This document shows positions 1 to 13,800 of a stretch of DNA of 64,000 nucleotides, one piece after another. How positions within the stretch are numbered: position 1 is the first letter of the stretch; the number at the start of each line of letters is the position of its first letter. Position numbers and translations under genes: made by a program. Location of the stretch: positions 372,001 through 436,000 of the forward strand of contig OW569349.1 of assembly GCA_937625935.1 (NCBI GenBank), written 5' to 3'. The notes under the pieces are model-generated. The model was not told the DNA's origin, ran no database searches, and worked only from the letters and a program-made list of their open reading frames with translations. The DNA is from Tetramitus jugosus. Its lineage: Eukaryota > Protista > Heterolobosea.

Positions 1-2998
1 CACGGTGTCAATATATTGGATCAAATAGTCTGTAGAAAGACTTGAAAGGAACTCGTTACCAATCTGTTGCACTCCCTTGAAGGCAATAGCGAGATACTTT
101 GGATCCAGAGGAATCTTGTTTGAGTCAGGTGATGGCTCCTCGCAGCATGAGGACAATATTGGCAAAATAATAGGCCATGAGCCAGAGAGTACTTGACCAC
201 ACTTATGAATTAGATTATTGATCGCATGTAAAACTTTTTCTCTGACATCTTTGTGCTCAGAGTCAAACATGAGTGCTAGAACCGAGAAAACATTTTGTTC
301 TAATGCAGAGTCAATTGACTTTGGTTTTTCATCTGTTTCAGACACAAATTTGTTATACTCGGGTCTTACTATAGCAAGAATTACACTGGTAACACTATCC
401 ACACCAAACTTTCGAACATTTTCTTCTGGATGATCCACCAAGAACAAAATATGCGCAGAGAAATAGCTCCAAATTAAATCGACTCGACTTGCATTAATCT
501 GAACAGTTTCAACCAGTTTTTGAGCTCCAAATAAGCGGGGCATTTCGTTTGGTGGTGTATTTTTCATTGTATCCTTCGAAAGACTACATAGAGCCTTAAG
601 GACAATGATCAAAGATTCTGAATCTAAATGTTCTGTGCTCTTGAATAGATTGTTGAGAGCTGCGTTCAAAATTTTCAAGTCCTCTTCCAATTCTCCCTTA
701 AAGTTATCGCGTGTCATTATAGATTCGAACAGTTGAAAATTCTTGAGTAGTAAATACCAGGACGATCCAAGCAAGCCTCCCAAGCAATGAGCAAAGTTGA
801 ATAAAATCTTGATCACTTGAACATTTTTTCTTGTAATTGGTGATAGTAGTTGATTGTTCGCGATATGAGGAGTAAACTTGCAGAGAGAAGTAAGGAAGGC
901 ATCACGTGGTGTCGCAAGGGCAGTCACTCCACAGGTATGAGTAAATAATAAATAGGTTCTCAAAATTAATTGTATCGTTTCCTCTTCTTCGCATCGTTCC
1001 AGCATTTGAGACAAAGCTGCCAGAACAGGGCACCATACATGTTCGATCATAATTTCACAAATCTATTGATTGTTTTGGTTAGATTGAAGTGCTCGATGAT
1101 CATAGGGTAGCATAAATTCACTAATTTCACGTTTATACATACTTCTCTGTTATGTTTAATCTTCTTTGCTGCTTCTTCTGACACTTCTTCATCAAGATCC
1201 AATTTGTGAATATCAGCCAGAATGCTCATTGATGTAGCTGTTACAGATATTGTTTCTAGAGCTAAAGCGAGGCATTCTTCCAGACTTGACATTGGAGCAC
1301 TTCGTTCAAGTAGCGTGTCCAATCGACTTTCTCGTCTTAAGTATTGCTGAAGGGAGAGCACAGAGGTTTGACTTTCTCTGATCATTCGCTGCACAAAATT
1401 ACAAATTGCGTTCACTAAATCGACAATAATGTATCCCTCATTGCTTGAGGATGATGTTTCAGAATTCTGTGGTATTTCCTCATATAATTGTTTAAAGACT
1501 GTTTGTTTCTGGACAATGGCTTTGATCACTTCAAAAGCTAATAGCTTGTACCACAACACACACTCAATATTTACCAAATTATAAATCCGCTGAAGCAATT
1601 CTTTACATTGCACTTTCTAATAATCAATTAAAATTCGAGTCAACAATCACATTTTGCTTTCAACAACAACAACAAAACACAAACATATGCAATATCACCG
1701 TACCATCACTCCATAATAGTATTGTACGATTGAAGATGCAATTCGATAGCATCTTACAATAAAAGTAAAGTCATTGATCGTTGCTGATGGATTATAAATG
1801 TTGCTCGAGATCAATGGACACACTTTTTCCTCAATGATCTGAACGAGTTGAGGATATTGAATAAGAAGTGTTGAATGAGTACTCAATATCGAATCCAACA
1901 ATTCCAATGCAAATAACTGAGACACTCCAGTGACATTGAGCCACATGGATGTATTTCCCTCCACAAACAAACAATAGTCGCGTAATAATAAATACAGGTT
2001 TTTAGCATGAGTGAACAAATGGTTCATATCCTCTTGTTGTTCATCGTTGACATCATCTTCATTCTCTTGGTGACTGTGAACAGTGATGGGCAAATCATTG
2101 TCCTCTCCTTTTGCTTCGCCTATAGAATGTGTGATCGGTGAGATGTTATTCGCTCACAAATTGCTGGTCGTAAAACAACAAGCAATATATATACACAAAC
2201 AAACAAAAGAGAAATCATGATTATTCTTACTTGTTTTGAGTGCCAGTTTTTCAAATAACACGACAGTGGCTTGTCGAATCGCAGCAGTAGCTGTATAGTG
2301 CACGTTTAATGCCTTGGACGAATGCAGCAAGAAACAGATTCTCAAAAGCTATAGGAACAGAAACAACATAGGAAATGTGAGCTCCCACACACACAATACA
2401 CAACCAAATGAACCAACCATGATATATGCGCACACACAAACAATATTGTAATGTAAATACCTTTGCCAATGTTGTTTGATTCAATTCGTATTCATTCGAA
2501 GTAAAAACTGTTAATGCCAACTGTAAAATCTTCAATTGAACTTGTTCTTCATTGTTTTCGCCAGAGAGACGTGCCACTGTCTCTACAATGATATTTAGCC
2601 CTGCCTATGTGTGCCGAATGAAAATGTTTGGTTGTCTTTGTAAGCTTTTATTGTGTTCGCGAACACTAAAACAACCCAAAGAATAAAACTGAAGGGGGAT
2701 TACACATATGACATACGATTGGTACAGCAGAATGCAACAGCAATTGCTGCATTGACGACAATGAAGTCACAATCAGTTTGGTCACTTTGCTTTCACATGC
2801 CAACAAAAATGGCTTCAAAATTTCTTCATTTGTTCTGACTGCTTTCGATTGATTGACATTATCGTCATCTACTTGTTCCTGTATGGATCTCAACTGCCTA
2901 ATGCCACGATCAGCAGCATCCTTGATGTGAGGATGCTTTTTTCTGGCTTCTTCCGACAGAGAACGTAATTCACTCTGCAACACTCGAATTAAGCTCAT
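1..2998 (-). CDS. MON2: MON2 (Sec7/ARF-GEF-like endosome-Golgi trafficking protein), 3' end outside the window
   Basis: N-terminus LQSELRSLSEEARKKHPHIKDAA...ILKPFLLACES and VQLKILQ, TATAAIRQ, FALELLDSIL, VWCPVLAALS are typical MON2 motifs. Inferred exons 2998-2717, 2604-2461, 2348-2231, 2119-1704, 1616-1143, 1062-<1. All introns are GT-AG and frame-compatible. Confidence 0.9.
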
Positions 2999-3194
2999 TG
3001 TTTAGTTTCGGAGCTGCAGTGAGATGATGTTCGTTGTGTTTGTTGTGATCTGTGTGTTGGTTCTTTTTTTCGAGCGGTCAAATTCCATGGATAGTCCTTT
3101 ACTCCGTTTTTGATGCACAAGTTCTTTGTTGTGTGGGTGGAAAAAACGATCAAGCAAACACGCACCCAACAACCTTTGAAAAAAAAACAATCAA

Positions 3195-4556
3195 ATGACG
3201 GAGGAGAACTTAACTGGTGCTTCACCAACTACTGCCGCTGATGCCACTAAACCCAAGAGAACTCTAACCGACGAAGAAAAACGAAAGCTTCTTGCCGCCA
3301 AAAGAAGACAAAAAGTTTTACAGCGCGGAAATGCATTCTTGAAGGATCCAGAAAATGCTCTGAACAAAAGTACTGATGCTGGTGAGGCTCATACACCAGT
3401 CAAGGCTTCTGCTTCTTCTTCATTGTCATCATCACCATTCTCAACATCAATCTATAATAATACTGCTGGACAACACGACAATGAACTTCATGAGTTTCCA
3501 ACAGTGTCTACACCTGGATTGTCTTCTTCAGTCAACACAGTTCTATTTGCTTCACCCAGTACAATGGACACACCAAGAACACCAAAGACACCAGAGACAC
3601 CTGAAGAGTCATCTCCTACAATGGACGCGAACACTCCACAGCCTACACTGCGATTGAATCAAGGTTCACCATTGTCACCCAATGTGGATTTGATGACACC
3701 ATTGGTGCACTTGTACAAGTCACAGATGAACAATAATCAGAGAAGAGTGTTGCAAGAGACTGAGAGTCTCATACCAGATGAAGAAGAAGAAGAAGAAGAG
3801 GGAGAGGAACAATACAGCGGCAGAAATAATGATAATAGTCAAAATAATAATAATAATAATCAGGAGACAAGAGGCAGATTGATTGATGCAAATCAATCTC
3901 ATGTACCATCCGATCATCATTCTTCAATGAGAAACAATGAAAGGCAGGAGCATCAACAGCATCAGCAAATGGATCAACAGTCAGTGCAGAAACAATTGAG
4001 CGAGGATTCTGCTGTACTTGCAACGTCAGGAGAAGACAAATTAACAAGATTTATGCAAAAGCTTCGCATGGTTTTAATTGTTTTACTGTCAGTGTATTCG
4101 GCAGTCTATGCTTGTTTTGCTCCGTGTGATACGATTGCTCAATCCTATTTGCACAGCAATAATGAATTATTTGCATCTGAAAATGTCAACTCGAATACAT
4201 GGATGGGACACAATCATTGTCCACAGAGAGCCGCAAAATCATTGATGAATTTTGAATGGAAAGAAATATCGATCAAAGATGTGTCCACTTGGCCATACCT
4301 CCCACCACTAACATTGTTTGTGACCATTCAATTAATCGTGATCGTGCCTCGCCTTATTCGATATATAACGGTCAAGAAGAACAAGAACGGGCAATCCATG
4401 TTGGATATGTTTTTGTTTGCTCTGCAAATGTATGGTCGTGTAAGGCGGTTGCTGAGAGAGATATGTTTGTTTATATTTACTTATGTTATGGTTGTTATCT
4501 CCCTCAAGTTCGCAGCAACCCAGGTGGGCTTCCAAGTTTCTTCATCCACTCTCTGA
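3195..4556 (+). CDS. Get2/CAML-like ER receptor for tail-anchored protein insertion
   Basis: N-terminal basic helix LTDEEKRKLLAAKRRQKVL resembles the yeast Get2 Get3-binding helix. It is followed by a long disordered linker and three C-terminal hydrophobic segments. Confidence 0.65.
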   Translation: MTEENLTGASPTTAADATKPKRTLTDEEKRKLLAAKRRQKVLQRGNAFLKDPENALNKSTDAGEAHTPVKASASSSLSSSPFSTSIYNNTAGQHDNELHEFPTVSTPGLSSSVNTVLFASPSTMDTPRTPKTPETPEESSPTMDANTPQPTLRLNQGSPLSPNVDLMTPLVHLYKSQMNNNQRRVLQETESLIPDEEEEEEEGEEQYSGRNNDNSQNNNNNNQETRGRLIDANQSHVPSDHHSSMRNNERQEHQQHQQMDQQSVQKQLSEDSAVLATSGEDKLTRFMQKLRMVLIVLLSVYSAVYACFAPCDTIAQSYLHSNNELFASENVNSNTWMGHNHCPQRAAKSLMNFEWKEISIKDVSTWPYLPPLTLFVTIQLIVIVPRLIRYITVKKNKNGQSMLDMFLFALQMYGRVRRLLREICLFIFTYVMVVISLKFAATQVGFQVSSSTL

Positions 4557-4565
4557 ATAAATGTA

Positions 4566-7348
4566 TTACTTGTTATGTGCCGAGTATTGATCTGCTACAT
4601 TGAACAGATATTGAGCCAAGTAGTCAATTGGATCTTCAGGTTTCACTTGTACAACTTCGACAAGTCCTTGTGACAAACATGGAATGATGTGGTCCATGAG
4701 GAAGGATCTAAGTGGTTGTGCTTTCATCTCCAACATCATTCTCTCTAGTTCTTGAACTTCTTGTAACCTCTCTTGGTCTCTTTTCCTTGTTTGCTCTCTT
4801 TCTTCCAATTCTCTTTTCTCCCGGGCAATACGTTCTTTCTCTTCTTTCTCGAGTCGTTCAGCCTCCAATCGCTGCCTCTCTTCTTCAGCTTTTGCGATAG
4901 CTTCCAGTTCTTCTTCGGAAGGTCCATAATTATGAGGTTCTCCAACAAAGTCTTGGACGGAATCAAATAATTCCTCTAGGGTTGAATCAACTCCAACAAT
5001 TATATCCTTACTAATTGGTTGGACTTTAGATTTTGTAATCATTCCTTCCAAACAACCAACAACGGTATTCCCGCCCATACTACCCTTCCTGAATTCCTCC
5101 ATTCTTCGATTAAATCGTTCGGCGTTCGCTACTCCTGATTCAATCAAACGATCCAATCGGTTGTTCAATGCACTTTCTTCAGCATTCAACATGATCACAT
5201 ATTCTGGCATAAAAGAGGGATTCGCTTTAAAGTTGGATGTTCTTTCATCTTCTTCCTTTTCCTCATCATCTTCTTCTCGGTCTTCTTCGTCGTTTTCTTC
5301 CTGCTCTTCCTCAACTTCTTCCTCTTCCTCTTCTTGCTCGTCTTCCCCTCCTTCTTCTTGCCTCAGGAGCATTAACATTTTGGCTTGAATCACAGTCTTT
5401 GGATAGCCCTCTAGAATCCAGCCTTGGTTTTTGCACCTCCTTTGTGACAATCGATGTTTCACCATTCCAGTTATTGCTTTGTCGCTGAATCGATTCGAGG
5501 TATCCAATAATGATGTTATCTTCTTGCTTTTTGCAATTTTTACTCTAAGAATGGATCGTGGGTCGTCAGGTTCCAGTTCTTCCTCCTCCAATGGTTCAGG
5601 TTCAGGTGGGATACCCTCTCCTTCTTCGTCAAACTCTCCAATTTCTTCCATGACTTGCGCGAGAAGCTCTTCTTCTTCTTGTACGTCAATATCCTCATCT
5701 TCTTGTGCTTGTTTCTCTTCTTGACCCGTTTCATTTTCACTTTCCTCGTCACCTTTCTCCTTGTTTTCCTCTTCCGAATCAGATCCTTGTTGTTCTTCAA
5801 GTTGTGCCAATCTCTCTTCTTCTTTTTCTCTTGCTCTTTCTTCTTCTCTCTCTTCCTTCAACTGTACCAACTTAGATTGAATTAATTGTTCATGGTCTTT
5901 TTTCATTCTATCAATGAGATCTAACCTATCTTGAACACTCTTCTCGTACGTTCTCTCCCGTAATATTCTTTCTTGATCAAGGGCAAACAACTCATCCTCC
6001 CAATTCTTCTCTCTTTCCAAATATTCGGTGATCATATCGTGTATTGTCAGATATTCGATTTTATATTGCTTTGCAATGTGTTGGGCTAGAACAGACTTGC
6101 CTGATAGTGGAGGTCCGAGAGTGACGATCCTTAGTGGTGCGAGATTCCTCCTTTTCTCATATTCTGTTCTCAACTGTTTCATGTTGGCAATCATACCCTC
6201 TTGATACTTCCATTCGATATCCAAGCTCGAAACTACTCCCGACTCAAAATCAAATTTCAAGTCTAATGTCAAGTAATCTGTATATTCGTAGTTCTGAAGA
6301 TTCTTCTCGGATATGGGTTCAAGTTCCTCTGGCCCATGGAACACTTTCGCTATTGATTGCATCACTTCGTTAAATTTATGTTGTGAGTGATCAACGGCGA
6401 TCATGTATTGCTCGATCTCTTCTGGTTCTTCATCTTCAGGAAATACACCACCTATTAGACGCTGGCAAATACGTGCAACATCATCCACATGGATGAGAGG
6501 TAAATGATTTCCTCCATCGATGAAACTCGGAAGTCTTGGAATATCTCCCATCCAAGCAAGTTTAAAGAATTGATGTAACATTTCTTCTCCCCTTCCGTAC
6601 ATTATCCCAGAGAAGAGAATAAATGTCTTTAGGGTCGTGCAATTCGCTTTTCTCACTCGTTTTTCGATCTGAAAAGCTAACCATTAGTATTTGATTGACA
6701 AATTTTGCTGTTGTACAACAAATTTCATACCTCTAGAAAAGTTTTGTAATCAACATGTGGTCTTCGAGAAACTACAGCCTCCTCAGATATTGGTTCATAG
6801 TCCCTCCGTTTGGGCGGAGGAATATCTATAAGTTGAGTTTCATTCAAGTAATCATTTCCTGTACTCAGATTTTCTTCGACGTCATTCTTATTTTCCTTGT
6901 CTTCGTGTCGTTCTTCATCATCATCATCTTTGCCTTCTTCGTTCCTATCTTCGTTCCCATCATCGACTTCTTTCTCTGATACTTCATCTTCCTCCTCCTC
7001 TTCCTCTGGAATGTAATCTCGTTTTGTTCGAGCCCAACTGATCACACTCGAGACCAGAATGAATGCTTTGCGATTGTTGTATTGTGCGCTTTCCAGAATC
7101 TTAATGGCGTATTTGGCATCTTCAATCGTGTCAGTTAAACGATACACAATTACATCTGCTTCCAGAATGGCTTGCTTAATCACAGCTGGGTCCTTGCTGA
7201 GATGTCTTGTGATGTACTGAGGACACAATGGCAAACCGTCCTCTGACAACATACGACCGGTCCCCATTAGTTCATTCAATGGAGAGTTCAAGTACTCACA
7301 TAGTACATTTTCAAAGTAGCCATCAGCATTGTTGATAAAAACCTTCAT
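4566..7348 (-). CDS. AK7: Adenylate kinase 7 (flagellar), with C-terminal Dpy-30 motif
   Basis: Starts MKVFINNADGY. NAD-binding-like N-domain (FILVSSVISWA, LPLIHVDD), P-loop GPPLSGKS, GWILEGYPKT, and C-terminal PLRSFLMDHIIPCLSQGLVEV..KPEDPIDYLAQYLF. Intron 6730-6669 joins the two track ORFs in frame. Confidence 0.93.
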
Positions 7349-7803
7349 CTTCTTGAAGTTGATCTGATCATAAAAACGTTCTGTTTGTCGTAAAACCAAA
7401 CCCAAAAGAAAAGGCGCGTATCCAGTCAGTTCATGTCGCAGTATCTCATGTCAAGCAAACATTTTGACTCTTGGCTGTCATATGACAGGTAAATAACTAG
7501 TTGTGTGATACTTTTTTTGAGCCACCCTTTCTCCAAGGCAGCAGGAGTCGCGTTGACGGCGTTATGATTTCTTCCAATCCCCATCACACATCAAAACTTC
7601 GGGTATATCTCAAGATACACAAAACATGCATGTTATTATTAATCCGGCCAAACTATTGTGACAAACAAACAAGAACAACCAAAACATCCTTCCTTTTTGA
7701 TCAATCTTGAATCACTTTCATCTTTTGCACAAAAACATCATCAAACACAAATAACAACTGCAGTGCCACCATCACTGATTTGAAAATTTTCCGATTACCT
7801 CCA

Positions 7804-10800
7804 ATGGGCAATGAACTTGCGAGCAACAGAAATAGTGTCGCTATGACAAGAGAGGAATTATCAGAGAACATTCAATCGCAATTGTCCAATGACACGACGA
7901 CTACTACTGCCACCATCAACAACAACAACGATGGCTACTTTGGTAGTCGATCTGATTCAGCATCCAATAACAACAACAATCATAACAATAACCATTCCAA
8001 CAACAACCACCATCACCACTACCACCAACACCATTTATCATCACCAGCGTCATCCATATCTTCTCCATCGTCAGTGAACAACAACATTTCAAAATCACCA
8101 CCACCATTCTCCTCCCACTCTTCTCCATCTCCCTCTCCATCATCGACTGACATTTTTCCATCACTGAATCAACAACAACAACAACAGACGACTGCATCAC
8201 CCTTGTTGTCGCATTCACTGCCATCGCCATCTTCATCGTCATCGTTACAAATGATGAAACGCATGTCCACCCGGTCTTCCAAGTCAACAACAACCGCATC
8301 TGATGAACCGTTCGAAGTCATCATGTTGAGTCGATTGAGACACATGGTGAGAGATCAGGATTTGCACTCGAAAATTTATGATTCATCTGCCAGCACAGAC
8401 ACGCACAGTGGTGGTAGCAACATTACGCAAACAAACACCACTATCAACAATTATACCAATGACTCGAGCAGTAGCAGCAGCACAAGTGTAACACCAAGAA
8501 GTTTGTCTTCACAGGTTAGCAGTGTAGGAGTAGGACCACATTTCCCTTCTGCGGTCCAACTGTCCAGAAAGTATAGCTCTGTGGCATCATCGTACCTCAG
8601 CCCTCATGATTTCTCCACTGCCTATGCCAATTATTCATCAGGGGATTCAGCCCGGTTTCGAAGCTTGTCTAATGCGCTCAAGGTTGCACCTCATGCGACA
8701 ATGAGCACTCGGCGATATCATTCTGAGGAGATATTTGATGATGATGACACGACCCGTGATGCGTACGATGATGACGAATACACTGAATCTCTATCGAATT
8801 CTGAAATTATAAAATCATTTGGAAGACAAAACTCGATGAATTATTTGGATGAGGCAGACCTAACATCCGAGAATAGTTCGCCTGGTCTCGAGAAAGTGAA
8901 GAGGAGCAAGCCATTGCTCATGCGGAATCCAATTAAAGCATTGAGGAAACACAAAGTTCGACTCGAGCAAATACAAGAAGAGAAGAAGCGAAATCGAATG
9001 TCGAAGCAGTTGCAGAAACAAAGAGAGATTGCCAAGCAAGAAACTGAACATGCTTTGGCTGTGAGACAGGATGAAGCACAAACAATTGATTATTGGGTGA
9101 GTTATCAACGAGCACTTAGTCATATCGGTCGAAATAATATCCGAAGAGAAATTAGGCGCTTAGATCCTCAGAACAAGTATTTGACGTCGCGAATTAGGAG
9201 ACACTATGAATTCGAAATGCAGCATCAATCCAAAAAGAAAACGAGGTTTAAATTTTTTACGAAGAGAACAAAGAATAGCGAATTGGAGGACAAGAGATCA
9301 GCGCTAGAAAAATCAATCAGCGATATTCGCCAAGCGAAGGATCTATGTCTTATTTATGGTTTGGATTTGGAGTGTTTAGCCCCCTTGGTGCCTGATTCTG
9401 ATATCAAAAAAATTCGAAAGGAGTTAATAGCGGTACCAGAGTGTCCTATAGATATGTTTGCAGATCAAGGTATGTCTTCTATTGTTTTCTTTATGAACTG
9501 GATCATTCGATAGAGGATAAAAACCACTGACTATCCATAACTACTAGACAATCGAGCCCCAATCAAACGGTTAATTTTAAGATGGATTAATAGTGTGTTA
9601 CTACATTATGAATCAATACCCGATCTCGAAAGCTTTGATATAGAGTGGACTGTTATTACGGTACGACATATCTACTACGCGATTTTAAATCAATATCGGA
9701 TTCCGTATCCCCTTTCTGAGTTAACTTTGTTCAAAAGTGAACCTGAGACTGAATCTGAACAACACTACATACATGAAATGGCAGTTTTAATATTGTCTAT
9801 TGAATTGTTTAAGGACATGTATATCGAAAGAAGAGCCTATGAAAAAATTACTGAATATTCGGCCTACGGTGTTGCGTACTCATCTGTGCAAGAGAATACT
9901 CGACACCTCAACGAGGCAACTACCATTATTCAAAGTATTCCCCGAAATAGTTACAACGTTACTCGGCTCTCTGTAAAAGTCAATCTCTCGATCAGAGGCC
10001 AATCCTCAATTAGAACTCGCGTCGAGATCAGTCACATTATTAAGAGTATGAATGGTGTCGAACTGTCACAAGCTATGATAAGGTTGCATATGAACCGTAG
10101 CTTCCCATGGGGCGAGCAAAATACTTGCCGTATTCAATCCGCTATTAGGAGCTCTTTGGATATGTGTAGTAGATTTACTTCTCTATTATCGAGTACAGTT
10201 ATTTCTGCGAGTACTCTGTCACATGTCGAGACAAAACGAACTAGTTCAGAAACTTATATCTTACAAAGTATGATACGAATGTTCCGGACTCATCGTGTCA
10301 ATACTCAAGCCATACTTAATAATGTTCTATCGAACATCAGACTCGCAATGATACAGAAAAATATCCAGAAGCAGCTTCATGATATCATGTGCGTAGAGGG
10401 ATCATTTAGAAAGACATTACGTTCATTGGACCGTCACTCAAAATGTGTGGCAACATCTCGATCACAGGCTCTCATTCGAAGCAAACGCTCGAATTCTACC
10501 TGTCTATTCTCTATTGAGAGAGTAGTATCATTGCAGGCTCTATGTCGAACTCACTCCACAATTTGTGACAAAGTGTTGATGTCTCACGGTGCACTACTAC
10601 AACAAGCCGTTGTTAGATTGTACGTAACGAGAGTGGAGCAGATATCCTTGCTCTGCCATGTTGGTTCCCACCAAGCAGTTGTTAGAAAAAACTGCAGAAA
10701 TTCGCATTTAGAAAATGACAGTAAGTGTCTTTTGCTCATAGAAAGTGTTCTGAGTTGCTCTTTAGTTTCGAAAAAGCTACTGTGCTTATATCACGCTCAG

Positions 10801-13800
10801 ATATTAATTTGCAACTCGTCCCAATGTGGTCTTATCACAGCCGATACACTTATACAAAATACTCTCGTCATGAAGATTCAAGCCACTGCTCGGAAATTCG
10901 AGCTTGGTAAGCGCCCAGGCATTGAAAGATGCACAAACATTCAATGCTGTATTTACACAGCAAACACCCCATCTCTTTCCACGATGTTTAGAGGTACTCT
11001 CTGTATTCAAAGTCTAATTCGCTCATCTTTGGTGGACAAAATACATGATGCCCAATGTAAGTTGGAGCTGCTCACAGCGACAAAGAGGCGGTGGGGTGCT
11101 CAAAACTTGCTTCATGGAACTCAATTTAATTTATCTCCCCTTCATTGCATAATACGACTCTCTGCCCTAAAATGGAAGAGCCAATTGGTTGAGAAGGATG
11201 TGAAATGTCTTCAAGGAGTACTTACAAGTTGGAGGACAAAAGCAAACGAAAGAGAATATTATGTGTACACATTACCAGCGTCAATCAAGTCCTGCATTCA
11301 ACGCTCCCAAGTGACTGATGATCGACAGCTGATGATTAATGTAAATACGGTGATATCTCAAATATTGACAGTCCGTGAGAACAATACGAAATTCCAAAAA
11401 TGTTCAGTAATATCTGCAATACTGAGAAGGATGAACTATCAACTAAATCTAGATAATGATTTGATAATGATCCAGAGTATTGCTCGATCTCTGAACTTTA
11501 AAATTTATGAAGACGTGGAAGCAATTAAGAGTATAATACGTACGAAGCTTCTAACCTCCTATGAAGATTTTGCACACAATATCTCCAAGCTTAGTTCATT
11601 GATCAGAAGGGAATTGAATACTTCGCTGATACCAAAAGTTCTGGTCCTGCAAATCTCTCTTCGCTCGAACCTTTTCTCCTGTAACAACTTAGCAATAATT
11701 AGAGCTCTAATTACTATATCTTCTTGTTTTCGGACATCACTGCGCAGGGGAGAAGGATCAGTTGGCGACTACCTCTACAGTACGATTCGAAGTAGTCAAG
11801 TTAACCCACCGTTCAGTCAAGCGGTAGGCACTCAATCTGTCTGCAGATCACACAGTTCAATGTTAGCTCCCGATTCCGTCAGAGTAGCGCAATGTACTGC
11901 AAGAATGGCTCTAGATAGGAGAATTCTCTCATCGAGTGACAGAGTACTATGTGACACTTCGGCTATGATTGTCACTCGTGGTCACTTATTGGGAGCATTT
12001 AATACTGTGTCACTCATTCAAAGCAACATTAGAAGAAGCGTCAACACCAAGAAAACCTGTGTAATAATACAGAACATAGTACGAATGGCACTACTTCACA
12101 CGAGTAAGCTCTCTTCTCCTTGGGACCTTCAAGCGGTGATTAGTTCTCGATGTGTGAGTGTGCTTTCTCCTGTCTCTTGTTCAATTGTGCAGTCAATGAC
12201 TAGAGGAGGAGATCTGAAAATATCATTTAAACCTACCATTGCAATACAAGCCTTGTTTTCTTTGCAAGGATATGCGAAGATTAGCACCACTGCGCTAAGT
12301 GCAGAGTTGTTTAGCTTCGAGAAAAGGCAACAAGCAACACTTAAAAAGTTAGATATCATCAAGCTACAGGCAAGATCTCGCTCAATTCAGGGAATTGAAG
12401 ACTGCCATAATGGCATACGTCAAGTTCAAGCAACTATACGCTCTCTACTCTTAAATGCGTCATACGGCCCAATCAAATTACAGCAATTGGCACAAATTAC
12501 AACAATTCAATCAGGAGTCATATCGTCCTCTGAGAACAATTTTGATACCGAGGCTTTACGATGCTGTATTTCAAGGACACATGGCGGTCGACAGCTCTCT
12601 GAATGTTATCAAGCAATTATCATATTGGAGGCTGCTGCTCGTTGGAGTTTCCAAGCTAAAAGATGTGAGAAGATTAGTATCACTGCGCTAAGTGCGAGCT
12701 CTTTTAGTTGGGAGAAGAGATACCCAACAGCACGCAAAAACATTGATATCACGAAGATACAAGCAATATCTAGAGCAATTCGAGACAATTATGAAGACTT
12801 CTGTCGAGTTAAAGCGAGTATTCAGACATCTCTACTCTTACATGTGTCATATGAAGTATCTATTCAATCACTTCTGAGGCAACAACTTGTAAGAATTAAT
12901 CACGATCATTGCATCCAGTTGTCAGCAGTTACTAGGAGCTCCCTTGGCAGATCGAAGGACATTCTCCCCATCAGAGTTATGCAAGGTCATATTCGTGCAT
13001 CTCAACATCACATATCACCCAATCAAATTGCAATGATCCAATCAAGAATCAGACCTACCCTTAAGAACAATTTTGATACTGAAACTTTAAGATGCTGTAT
13101 TTCAAGGACACGTGACAGTATGCAGTTCTCTGGATGTTATCGAGTAATCGCAATATTGGAGGCTGCTGTTCGCATAAATCTTGAAGCTGAAGGATGCGAG
13201 ACGATTTATGTCACTACGCTTAATGCCCTTTCCCTCGCTAATGAGCGGATACAACAAGCAACTCTTAAAATGAAAGATATCATGAAGATACAAGCAATAT
13301 TTCGCTCACTTCAAGCAATTCAAAATACCTGCAAGGAAATATTCAGAGTTCAAGCAACTATACGCACATCTCAATCATTGAATAATTCTCATGAAACTGT
13401 GGCGATTGATCGTGTAAGTCAAACCTCTATTCAATCACTTCTGAGGCAGCAACTTTTAAGATTTAATCCCGATCATTGCATCCAGTTATCAACAATTATT
13501 AGAAGTTCCCTTGGCAGATCGAAGGATACCTTACTCATCAACATTATGCAAGGGCATATACGCTCAAATCAATGGAACTTATCACCCAATCAAATTGCAA
13601 TGATTCAATCAGAAATCAGATTTACTCAGAGGTATGATTTTGATACTAGGATTCTGCGCTTCTGTATGTTACGGGCACATGGTGGCATACAGCTCTCTGA
13701 GTATTGTAGAGCAATTACCATACTTGAGACTGCAACTCGTAGACGTCTCAAAGCTAAAGAATATGAAGCGATTCATGACACTGTGCTTAATGGTTGTGAG

